Of a stretch of DNA of 38,230 bases, positions 8,167 to 16,433 are shown piece by piece (position 1 is the first letter of the stretch; each line of letters starts with the position of its first letter). The stretch lies in IMG/VR virus record IMGVR_UViG_3300016667_000212, positions 1 to 38,230 of that record. The stretch is one strand, 5' to 3'. Below the pieces are notes generated by a model, which did no database searches, was not told the origin of the DNA, and saw nothing but the letters and a program-made list of their open reading frames with translations. The DNA is from a virus. Its lineage: Duplodnaviria > Caudoviricetes. The position numbers and the translations under genes were made by a program.

Positions 8167-8453
8167 GACACGATCGCCTTGAGTTCAATCCGTTCATGTC
8201 GGGCTGGGATCGCTTCTGGCGCGTGATCTTTCTGCTGATTGTCATGGCGCTGGCGCTGGTGTCGTTTGAGTCGCAAGCCGTTGTTGTCGTGGCGCCGCGC
8301 CCGGTCATCGTGCCGCGCGTCGCTCCACGTCCTGCGGTTGTGCCACGACCCGCGCCTGCACCTGAGCACGTCACGCCTCGCCCGGTGCCTGTCATCGTGC
8401 CCGGCATCGTGCCGCACCACAAGTGCGACGAAAAGAAAGAGAAGTGCAAGTGA
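8163..8453 (+). CDS. Membrane or exported Pro/Arg/Val-rich protein
   Basis: RBS GGAG; hydrophobic VIFLLIVMALALVSF ending in SQA; repeated PRP; coupled to PolA by GTGA. Confidence 0.65.
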   Translation: MRHDRLEFNPFMSGWDRFWRVIFLLIVMALALVSFESQAVVVVAPRPVIVPRVAPRPAVVPRPAPAPEHVTPRPVPVIVPGIVPHHKCDEKKEKCK

Positions 8454-10420
8454 GTATCCTGTGGCTTGACTTTGAGACGCGCAGCCGGTGTGACCTGCTG
8501 AGTAAGGGCGTCTACAACTACGCGCAGGACGCCAGCACCGATGTCCTCTGTATGTCCTACGCTTTCGACGACGAGGACGTCGTGACGTGGGTGCCGGTGC
8601 AACTGGACGGTACGTCCAACCCTTTCCCTGACCGTGTGGCCGCGCACACAGGCCAGATCCGCGCCCATAACGCCGCCTTTGAGCGGCTGATCTTCTGGTA
8701 CGTCCTCCAGATCGACTACAAGCTGGAGCAGTTCTACTGCACCGCTGCGCAAGCCCGCGCCAACTGCGCGCCCGGCAGCCTTGAAGATGTGGGCCGCTTC
8801 GCGTCGGCCGACATGCGCAAGGACTACCGTGGCGCGCAGCTCATCCGACTGCTGTCCATCCCGCAGGCCGACGGCACATTCCGTGACGACCCCGCGCTCA
8901 TGGCCGAGATGATCGCCTACTGCGAGCAGGACGTGCGCGCCATGCGGGCCATCTCCAAGTCCATGCGCAACCTGTCCGACGAGGAGCTGGCCGACTACCA
9001 CGTCAACGAGCGCATCAACGATCGCGGCGTGCTGGTCGACCTCGACCTGTGCAAGGCGGCCGTCAAGTACGCCAGCGACGAGCTCATCGAGATCGAAGAG
9101 ATCGTGGCTGAGGTCACCAACGGCGAGGTCGCCAGCGTGCGCTCGCCCAAGATGCGCGAGTGGGTGCTGGAGCGCGTCGGCGACGAGGCCAAGAAGATGA
9201 TGACCGTCTACAAGGACGGCGAGAAGAAGTTCAGTATCGACAAGACCGTCCGCGCCAACCTACTGGTGCTGGCTGAGGAGAACCCCGATGAAATCCCGCC
9301 GGATGTTGCTGAAGTCATCCAGTGCGCCGACGATCTCTGGGCGTCGTCGGTTGCGAAGTTCAGCCGCCTTGCTGCTCTCGCAGACGAAGAAGATCACCGC
9401 GTCAGGGGAGCCTTTGTTTTTGCGGGTGGATCAGCTACGGGACGGGCTTCGTCCTACGGCGCTCAAGTTCACAACTTTACCCGGAAGGTCGCGGCAGCCC
9501 CCGAGGACGTTCGTCATGCAATGGTCAGAGGTCATGGCATTGTCCCGAAGTTCGGAAAACGAGTGACCGACGTTTTGAAGGGTATGTTACGCCCTGCGCT
9601 TGTGCCAGCACGGGGGCATGTCCTCATCGTAGCAGATTGGGCGGCCATTGAGGCGCGCATGAACCCGTGGTTGTCGGCCGACGTCACGTCCGAGGCCAAG
9701 CTCGACCTGTTCCGCAAGAACGAGGACGTCTACAAGCACAACGCCAGCCGCACCTTCCACATCCCGGTCGATGAGATCGACAAGGATCAGCGCCAGATCG
9801 GCAAGGTGCAGGAGCTGGCCTGCGGCTATGGCGGCGGCGTGGGCGCCTTCGCGGCGATGGGCCGCATCTATGGCGTTCACTTACCCGAATCTGACGCCCG
9901 CCGGATGGTCGACGCATGGCGCCGCGCCAATCCGTGGGCGGTCACTTACTGGCAAGCCCTTGAATCGGCGTACACCCGGGCGCTGCGCAACCCCAAGTAC
10001 GAGTTCAGCGCCGGCCGCGTGACGTACTACTTCGACGGCCAGCACCTCTGGTACGCGCTGCCATCTGGCCGGATCTTGTGCTATCCCTATGCCCGGCTGG
10101 ACAGTGACGGCGTAACATACGCCAAGGCGTCTTGGAAGCCGGCCGCTGATGCCAAAGAGTGGCCCCGCGCACGCCTGTGGAAGGGTCTTGCATGCGAAAA
10201 CATCTGTCAGGCTGCGGCCAACGACGTCCTGCGCGCCACGCTGCGCGAGGTCAAGTCGGCGGTGCTGCACGTCCATGACGAGGTGGTGCTAGAAGTTCCC
10301 GAATCGGAAGCCGAGCAGGCGGTACAGACGCTTCACAGCGTCATGTGCACGCCGCCGGTATGGGCAACCGGCCTGCCCTTGGAGGCCGAGATCAATGTGA
10401 TGAAGCGATACGGAAAGTAA
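8450..10420 (+). CDS. DNA polymerase family A with 3'-5' exonuclease domain
   Basis: ExoI LDFET, ExoII AHNAAFE, ExoIII YCEQDV; TGRASS; motif A ADWAAIEAR; motif B RQIGKVQELACGYG; motif C HVHDE. Confidence 0.95.
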   Translation: MSILWLDFETRSRCDLLSKGVYNYAQDASTDVLCMSYAFDDEDVVTWVPVQLDGTSNPFPDRVAAHTGQIRAHNAAFERLIFWYVLQIDYKLEQFYCTAAQARANCAPGSLEDVGRFASADMRKDYRGAQLIRLLSIPQADGTFRDDPALMAEMIAYCEQDVRAMRAISKSMRNLSDEELADYHVNERINDRGVLVDLDLCKAAVKYASDELIEIEEIVAEVTNGEVASVRSPKMREWVLERVGDEAKKMMTVYKDGEKKFSIDKTVRANLLVLAEENPDEIPPDVAEVIQCADDLWASSVAKFSRLAALADEEDHRVRGAFVFAGGSATGRASSYGAQVHNFTRKVAAAPEDVRHAMVRGHGIVPKFGKRVTDVLKGMLRPALVPARGHVLIVADWAAIEARMNPWLSADVTSEAKLDLFRKNEDVYKHNASRTFHIPVDEIDKDQRQIGKVQELACGYGGGVGAFAAMGRIYGVHLPESDARRMVDAWRRANPWAVTYWQALESAYTRALRNPKYEFSAGRVTYYFDGQHLWYALPSGRILCYPYARLDSDGVTYAKASWKPAADAKEWPRARLWKGLACENICQAAANDVLRATLREVKSAVLHVHDEVVLEVPESEAEQAVQTLHSVMCTPPVWATGLPLEAEINVMKRYGK

Positions 10421-10447
10421 AAAATGACAACGACAAAAGGTGCAACT

Positions 10448-12760
10448 ATGCAGTTTCTGGATTTTCTGGTGGCGCTCGCTCCCGAGGGTGAGACACCGCT
10501 GATGGTGCGGCAAAAGCCGCAGCGACGTGATGGCGAGCTGCAATTCCACGCAGACGGCGCCATCAAGTGCACATGGCCGGCGTACCTGCCGGACGTGGAG
10601 CGCATCAAGCCCGACCAAGCGTGGTACGGCAACACGGCCAGCTTCATCATCGACCGCTTCGCCGACGGCAAGCCCAGCGCCTCGGCTGCCAACTGTGAGT
10701 ATTGTCTGGTGCTGGTGCTCGACGACGTGGGCACCAAATCCAAAGAGCCGCCGCTTGAGCCGACGTGGATCATGGAGACGTCGCCCGGGTCATTCCAGTG
10801 GGGCTACGCTTTCACCGAAGACCAGCCGACCAAGGGCGAGTTCGCCGCAGCCATCAAGGCGATCGCCGACGCAGGCTACACCGACCCGGGGGCGCTCAAC
10901 CCTGTGCGCAACTTCCGGCTGCCGGGCTCGATCAACCTCAAACCCGGCCGCGACAACTTCGCCGCCAAGCTGGTGGAGTTCCACCCGCAGCGCTTCTTCA
11001 CCCTGCCGCAGATCTGTGAGGCGCTGGGCGTCACGCCAGCCGAGGCCGACAGCCTGACCATCAAGCCCATTCGCGTGCAAGACACCGGCGGTGACGACGT
11101 CTTCGCGTGGCTGATGGACAAGGGTCTGGTGCTGTCCAAACCCAACGCCGAGGGCTGGGCCGGCGTCATCTGCCCCAACGCCAAAGAACACACCGATGGC
11201 AACCCCGAGGGGCGCTACATGCCTGCCACGCGGGCGTATTGCTGCCTGCACAGCCATTGCATCGACTTCGACACCAAGATCTTCCTCGATTGGGTGGCGA
11301 CCAATGGCGGCCCCAAGCATGAGCCGGGCATCCGCGACGACCTGATGGCCGCCACCATGCAGGCGACGCTGGAAAAGCTGGAGCCGTCCGACTTCTTCAC
11401 TGACGACGCCGCCAAGGTGATCGAGGAGGTCGAGAAGAAAGAGGTCGGCCGTCTGGACAAGGCCGGCTGGTATTCGCGCTTCGCCTATGTGCAGAACGAT
11501 GATTCGTACTTCGACATGCAAGACCGGCGCGAGATCAGCCGTGGCACCTTCAACGCGATCTTCCGTCATGTGTCCTGCCGCTCGATCCACAACCAGCGCA
11601 AGGTCGAGGCCAGTGTGTGCTTTGATGAGAACCGCCAGAGCATGGGCGCCAAGACCTTGATCGGTATCACCTACGCTGCCGGCGAGTCGGTGCTGGTGGC
11701 GCGTGATGGCGACGTTTATGGCAACCGCTGGCGCGACGCACGTCCTGCACTATCAGGCGAGAAGGTCAAGGATGCTGACGTGCAGATGTGGCTGGATCAC
11801 TGCGCGACGCTGGTGCCCGAGAAGAGCGAGCGCGAGCACATCTTCAACGTCATGGCGTACAAGGTGCAGCATCCCGAGGTCAAGATCAACCACGCCGTGC
11901 TGCACGGGGGTGATCAGGGCTGCGGCAAAGACACACTGTGGGCGCCGTTCATCTGGGCCGTGTGCGGCCCGGGCATGAAGAACCGTGGCCTGCTTGACAA
12001 CGACACACTAAACAGCCAGTGGGGCTATCAGCTGGAGTCTGAAATCCTCATCATCAACGAGCTGAAAGAACCCGAGGCGCGTGAGCGTCGTGCGCTGGCG
12101 AACAAACTCAAGCCCATCATTGCAGCCCCGCCTGAGATGCTGCCGATCAACCGCAAGGGCCTGCACCCTTACGACATGGTCAACCGCATGTTTGTGCTGG
12201 CGTTTTCCAATGACCCGGTGCCGATCTCGATCGACAGTCAGGATCGCCGCTGGTTTTGCGTCTGGTCGACAGCGCCGCGCATGAACCCGGTCAAAGCCAA
12301 GAAAATGTGGGATTGGTACAAAACTTCCGGTTTTGGCACTATTGCCAACTGGCTGGCGCAGCGCGATGTGTCGGCGTTCAACCCGTCCGAAGCGCCCGCG
12401 TGGACTGAGTTCAAGTCCAATTTGGTCGAGCATGGCATGAGCATGGCCGAGTCGTATCTGGTGGACATGATGCGCGAGCGCCGGGGCGAGTTCGGGAAGG
12501 GCGTTGTTGGATCTCCGTTTCACGCACTATGCGATCGGCTGGCCGGCAGCGCTCCGACCGGCGTGAAGATCCCGCAGGCAGCTCTGCTTCACGCACTAAA
12601 GGAAGCTGGATGGCAGGACATGGGGCGCATCGCGTCGGGCGAGCTCACCAGCAAAAAGCACATCTTCGCCGCGCCCGATCTGGTCGGCAGCGTGTCCAAG
12701 TCGGAGATGCGTCGACTTGTCGAAGAGTCGCCAGCGCCGCGCATGGCGCTTGTGAAATGA
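10448..12760 (+). CDS. Primase-helicase (RepB-like primase, Cys/His zinc finger, DUF5906/SF3-like P-loop domain)
   Basis: LVLDDVG, ETSPGSFQWGY, RLPGSIN; CPNAKEH...CLHSHC; Walker A GGDQGCGKDT; IIINE; FSN; DRRW. Alternative start at 10424. Confidence 0.85.
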   Translation: MQFLDFLVALAPEGETPLMVRQKPQRRDGELQFHADGAIKCTWPAYLPDVERIKPDQAWYGNTASFIIDRFADGKPSASAANCEYCLVLVLDDVGTKSKEPPLEPTWIMETSPGSFQWGYAFTEDQPTKGEFAAAIKAIADAGYTDPGALNPVRNFRLPGSINLKPGRDNFAAKLVEFHPQRFFTLPQICEALGVTPAEADSLTIKPIRVQDTGGDDVFAWLMDKGLVLSKPNAEGWAGVICPNAKEHTDGNPEGRYMPATRAYCCLHSHCIDFDTKIFLDWVATNGGPKHEPGIRDDLMAATMQATLEKLEPSDFFTDDAAKVIEEVEKKEVGRLDKAGWYSRFAYVQNDDSYFDMQDRREISRGTFNAIFRHVSCRSIHNQRKVEASVCFDENRQSMGAKTLIGITYAAGESVLVARDGDVYGNRWRDARPALSGEKVKDADVQMWLDHCATLVPEKSEREHIFNVMAYKVQHPEVKINHAVLHGGDQGCGKDTLWAPFIWAVCGPGMKNRGLLDNDTLNSQWGYQLESEILIINELKEPEARERRALANKLKPIIAAPPEMLPINRKGLHPYDMVNRMFVLAFSNDPVPISIDSQDRRWFCVWSTAPRMNPVKAKKMWDWYKTSGFGTIANWLAQRDVSAFNPSEAPAWTEFKSNLVEHGMSMAESYLVDMMRERRGEFGKGVVGSPFHALCDRLAGSAPTGVKIPQAALLHALKEAGWQDMGRIASGELTSKKHIFAAPDLVGSVSKSEMRRLVEESPAPRMALVK

Positions 12761-12945
12761 CGCCGGCCGAGCTGGCCGCGCGCCGGATCCGTCGCATGTT
12801 TAGCCGTCGGCAGGCGCTGGCGCGCCGCGTGGCCCGGGGTGAGGTGAGCGCTCGGGCCGCGCGCGCAGCGCGTGAGCGCTTCGATGTTGAGCTGTTGCAG
12901 CTGTTGCAGCAGCTGGCCGCGCAGGGCCCCGGCGAGCGCCCATAA
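12757..12945 (+). CDS. Arg/Ala-rich hypothetical protein (62 aa)
   Basis: ATGA coupling to the primase stop; ends at the terminator. Confidence 0.5.
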   Translation: MTPAELAARRIRRMFSRRQALARRVARGEVSARAARAARERFDVELLQLLQQLAAQGPGERP

Positions 12946-12971
12946 AAAAGCCCCGGCGGTAAGGCCGGGGC
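12944..12971 (-). terminator. Rho-independent terminator of the minus-strand early operon
   Basis: On the minus strand GCCCCGGC-CTTACC-GCCGGGGC-TTTTTT; sits where two operons converge. Confidence 0.8.
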
Positions 12972-13018
12972 GTAAAGGGTGATCGGTCACCCGGGGCAAC
13001 TGCGCAGCGCGTGCGCGT

Positions 13019-13081
13019 TTATAAGTCTAACAGCGCCGCAATGAAAATGAGCGCCAGCGCGACGCAAACGAGCGTGAACAT
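13019..13081 (-). CDS. 20-aa hydrophobic peptide MFTLVCVALALIFIAALLDL
   Basis: RBS GAGG; starts 10 bp after the previous stop; almost entirely hydrophobic. Confidence 0.45.
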   Translation of the reverse strand: MFTLVCVALALIFIAALLDL

Positions 13082-13091
13082 GGCCGCGCCC

Positions 13092-13289
13092 TCATTGCAG
13101 CACGCTGCCGACGGCCAGAGCGAGCCACAGCAGCGCGTAAGCGCCGGCAGCGCCGGCCAGCACGGCCGCATAAAAAAGCGGGCCCCGGCCCTCGTCAAAA
13201 TCGGCGCGCCAGCGCTCTAGGCGCGTGGCCGGGATGCTGGACAAGGTGAGGCGGCCATTGTGGCCGCGACGATAAAAAAGGTTTCGCAT
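13092..13289 (-). CDS. Small protein with C-terminal TM helix
   Basis: RBS GGAG; LFYAAVLAGAAGAYALLWLALAV. Confidence 0.6.
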   Translation of the reverse strand: MRNLFYRRGHNGRLTLSSIPATRLERWRADFDEGRGPLFYAAVLAGAAGAYALLWLALAVGSVLQ

Positions 13290-13293
13290 GGGG

Positions 13294-13980
13294 TCAGCTC
13301 CGAACAGGGGTTAAGGGAATGACGCGCCGGGCGCGCTCGTCGGCCGCGCGGGCGCGGGCGCCGTGGGCGCGGAATCCGACGATCACGGCCCGATCGGCCC
13401 GGGCGCAGAGCTGGCAGCTCGCGCACGTCACGCCGTCGCGCGTTTGGGCCGGGCAGACGACGACCGGCCGGCCGGCCGGGGTCGTCGAGCGCTCGGGCGC
13501 GTCGATCGGCAGCACCACGGCCACGGGGCCGGCGCCCGTGGCGGCCAGCTCGTCGGCTTGCCCGACGTCGTCGGCCGATAGGTTAACCACGAACCCGGCC
13601 GCATTGGCCGCGCGTATGGCCGCCAGCGCGGCCGGCGCGCGCTTGTGCGAATAGGTGAACCCGCGCCGGCCGGCATTGGCCGCGACGAGCTGGCGCAGCT
13701 CGCCGACGTTGACGCGCTCACCACGGCCGGGAAGGTCGCCGGCCACGGCGTAGCGCCAGAGCTGGCCGGCCGGCAGCTCGGCCACGGCCGCGCAGAGCTG
13801 GCGCCAGCTCGCGCCGTCGTCGGCGCGGTTCCACGCGAGCCGGGCCGGGCCGCCTTCGGCGTAGCAGCTCGTGCGATAGTGCGCGCAGCTCGGCGGGCAG
13901 CTCGCGCGCTCGGCGTAGGCCACCGGCAGCGGGCCGGTTTTCGCGTTCTCGCTTTTCGCGACAAAAAGGGCGCGCGTCAT
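13294..13980 (-). CDS. Cys-rich GP88-like protein (possible Fe-S / radical-SAM-like fold)
   Basis: NxKTG...CPPSCAHYRTSCYA; WRYAVAGD; GFTYSH; NLSAD; C-terminal CPAQ...TCASCQLC...VGFRAHG. Confidence 0.6.
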   Translation of the reverse strand: MTRALFVAKSENAKTGPLPVAYAERASCPPSCAHYRTSCYAEGGPARLAWNRADDGASWRQLCAAVAELPAGQLWRYAVAGDLPGRGERVNVGELRQLVAANAGRRGFTYSHKRAPAALAAIRAANAAGFVVNLSADDVGQADELAATGAGPVAVVLPIDAPERSTTPAGRPVVVCPAQTRDGVTCASCQLCARADRAVIVGFRAHGARARAADERARRVIPLTPVRS

Positions 13981-14432
13981 GCTCGGGCCCCTTCGAAAAC
14001 GAACGCGGCCAGCGTCGAGAATGGCGCGCGGTAGGTCACGCCGTCGGCCAGATCCGGGCGCCGGCAGCGCCAGCCGCGACGCTGGCCGGCCGGCTCGGTC
14101 AATTCCAGCAGCGCGCCGGTGCGCGAATGGCGCCAGAGCTGGCCGGGCGCGTACGCTGGCCGCTCGGCCACCAGCTCGGGCGCGAAGCGCGAATAATTGC
14201 GGATTTTCGCGGGCGCGTCGCTCACGCGCTCGACCAGCTCGGGATCGCGGCCGAAGCGCTCGCGGTAAGCCACAAAAAACGTCGACGCGTCGCAGTCCTC
14301 TTCCAGATAGCCGAAACCGGCGGCCGCGTAACTGTACGGCGTGATTTTCTCGACAATCCCCAGCTCGCGCAGCAGCGCGCCGGGTACCTTGATCCAGCCG
14401 TGGCCGGGATCGGAAAAAAATTCGAATTTCAT
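13977..14432 (-). CDS. Hypothetical protein with DPGHGW / YLEEDCD motifs
   Basis: RBS AAGGGG; SDPGHGWIKVP ... ITPYSY ... YLEEDCDA, a pattern recalled from phage and plasmid early regions. Confidence 0.7.
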   Translation of the reverse strand: MKFEFFSDPGHGWIKVPGALLRELGIVEKITPYSYAAAGFGYLEEDCDASTFFVAYRERFGRDPELVERVSDAPAKIRNYSRFAPELVAERPAYAPGQLWRHSRTGALLELTEPAGQRRGWRCRRPDLADGVTYRAPFSTLAAFVFEGARA

Positions 14433-14479
14433 TTTGAGCCCCTTAAATTGTGGGCCGGCGCGCTGGCCGGCCCCGGTTT

Positions 14480-15577
14480 TTAGATTACTTCGACCAGATC
14501 CAGCAGATCGCCGGCGCCGGTTTCAAATTCGACGCGCTCGGCCGTCCATGGGATCGACTTCGCGTAAGCCGTGGCGCCGGTCACGACGTCCCAGATCGTC
14601 TCAATCGGCCGGCCCTCTTCGGCCATATGCGCAGCTGCGACGCGCTGGCCGACCTTCGGCCCGAAGCGCTTCGATAAAAACTCTTCGACCTTATCGACCT
14701 TAGAGCGCTGCGCGCTCGCCAGCACGCGCTCGACGGATCCGGCCGACGCTTGAGAGTAGGCCAGCAGCGCCGGGGTTACCTCTTCGACGAATCGATCGGG
14801 CGCGCTGGCCGTGTGCCGGATCGCGATTTCCTCGAGCTCATGGGCGCCCCAGACAATCCGGTTTTGACAGACATAGTCGAAGAGGAAAGTTTTCACGCGC
14901 AGCGTACCGGCGCCGACCTCAGAATTTGAGACAAAAAAGCCACGCGCCAGCGTGCCGGTTTGCCCGTCGCGTCGGCCGGGCAGCTCGATCCGGTTTTTTT
15001 CGTCGGCCAGAAAAACAAACATATCGCGGTCGCCAGCGAAGAGCGTCGTATTCTCGCCGGTCACTTGATCGAGCTCGCGGCCGAAGATACCCGGCACGCG
15101 AAAATCACCGGTCACGCCGTCGCCGAAGCGGTCAATCAGCGCATCGACGACGTCGCCGTTCCAGATCCGGCCGTAACGCGGGCCCGTCATGGCGCGCATG
15201 ACCGCGTCGCCGTTCTTGGTCAGCAGCACGCCGACGTCTTGCGCGTCGCGCTCGACGTGAAAACCATAATTGAGACAATCGGCGGCCACCGGCGCCGGCA
15301 GCGTGCGCAGATATGCTGCCGGCGCGCCGACCAGCTGCGCAGCTTGGCCCATGGCCCAGTTTGTCGGCGCGAAGCCGTAGCCGCTCGGCCCTTCGATCAA
15401 GAGCCCGTCGGCGCCGTCGGGTACGGCGCGCAGCTTGCGCGAGCTCACGACGGCCGCGCGAGTGATGGCGCGCTGCGCGTGAAAGTGAGCCGACATGGCC
15501 GTGAGCGACGTGTAGCGCTCTTCGGCCGGGCGCGTCGCCCATTGTTTGCTGGCTTGGGTGAGAGTGGAATTCGACAT
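14480..15577 (-). CDS. DUF932-like phage/plasmid protein, first gene of the early operon
   Basis: QWATRPAEERY, RAMTGPRYGRIWN, DRDMFVFL, RGFFVSNSEVG, YVCQNRIVWG, IRHT. Confidence 0.7.
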   Translation of the reverse strand: MSNSTLTQASKQWATRPAEERYTSLTAMSAHFHAQRAITRAAVVSSRKLRAVPDGADGLLIEGPSGYGFAPTNWAMGQAAQLVGAPAAYLRTLPAPVAADCLNYGFHVERDAQDVGVLLTKNGDAVMRAMTGPRYGRIWNGDVVDALIDRFGDGVTGDFRVPGIFGRELDQVTGENTTLFAGDRDMFVFLADEKNRIELPGRRDGQTGTLARGFFVSNSEVGAGTLRVKTFLFDYVCQNRIVWGAHELEEIAIRHTASAPDRFVEEVTPALLAYSQASAGSVERVLASAQRSKVDKVEEFLSKRFGPKVGQRVAAAHMAEEGRPIETIWDVVTGATAYAKSIPWTAERVEFETGAGDLLDLVEVI

Positions 15578-15648
15578 GATTTTGCCCTTCGTTTAGTGGA
15601 TTGAAATTTACCGTTTCACGGTTTCCCGCGTCGCCGAAGCGAAGCCCG

Positions 15649-15702
15649 AGCGTAAAGGATTGTTTTGCACTTGTCAAGCCCCCAGCACAAAAAAAATTTT
15701 GT
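15649..15702 (-). promoter_or_regulatory. Sigma70 early promoter with UP-like element
   Basis: Minus strand TTGACA(15677-72)-17-TACGCT(15654-49); A/T tract at about 15688-15700. Confidence 0.75.
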
Positions 15703-15726
15703 CGGCCAGCTGCGAGGGCTTTTTTG

Positions 15727-16393
15727 TTGGGTCACGGCGCGCGCTTTTCGGTCATGCTTCGGTCACGTCGGCGCGTCGACATGACCCAGCGAAGAGCGGC
15801 GAAAATAAAGGGCTTTTTGCTTTTTTAGGTCATTTAGGTCATTTATTCTTTAGGATGTTAGAAGAATAATATATTTCATAATGTGAAATATGACAGTCGA
15901 GCCGGCGCGATTTATTTTCGATGACAAACTGACCTAATTGACCTAATCGGCCGCGTCGACATGCCCGCGCTTTTTGCCCCGGTTTTTTGCTTTTTGCCCG
16001 GGCCCGAACAATCCCCGATTTTCGCGCCAGCGCGTGCCTTGTGCTTTTTAGGTTATAGCTTTTTGATTGACCGAATTGACCTAATGCCGGCAGCTGCCGG
16101 CCAGCTGGCCGACGGCCCCGGGCGCCAGCTCGACCGGTCACGCAAAAAAGGGTCCGGGGCATGGGCTGCATGCAACATGCGCGCAGCTCGACGGCTCGAT
16201 GCTGTTTGCGTAGTGCTTTTTGCTGCATCGGGTTTTCCCTAAGGCATTTTGAATTGGGGAGTGGGCGCAAGGCCCCCGGGTAGGGCCCGCCGCAAGGGCC
16301 CACGCGAGCGGAGGGTTCAGAAAAATTTTGAAAATTTTTTGCAACATGCCCAACAACTCCTTACACTCACGGCTATGGGTCACTTGGGTCGTT
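15727..16393. repeat. Array of 9-bp TT(A/C/G)GGTCA(T/C) boxes, often as tandem pairs, in both orientations
   Basis: TTAGGTCAT x2 at 15825-15842; TGACCTAAT x2 at 15930-15947; TGACCGAAT+TGACCTAAT at 16068-16085; further copies at 15727, 15747, 15758, 16048 and 16376-16393. Confidence 0.85.
16321..16367 (+). promoter_or_regulatory. Sigma70-type promoter for the packaging/late operon
   Basis: TTGCAA(16339-44)-17-TACACT(16362-67), preceded by the dyad AAAAATTTT-G-AAAATTTTT. Confidence 0.65.
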
Positions 16394-16433
16394 TGGCCTT
16401 CCGAAAAAAATCGCACCGGACTAAACTGCGCAC

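Noticed and set aside
15871-15898. Resemblance to a dif site (CATAA-TGTGAA-ATATG)
   Set aside because: The XerD arm TTATGTTAAAT is not conserved (ATATGACAGTC); better explained as part of the local AT-rich dyad
15825-16085. Possible CRISPR array
   Set aside because: Repeats are only 9 bp, occur in both orientations and are irregularly spaced
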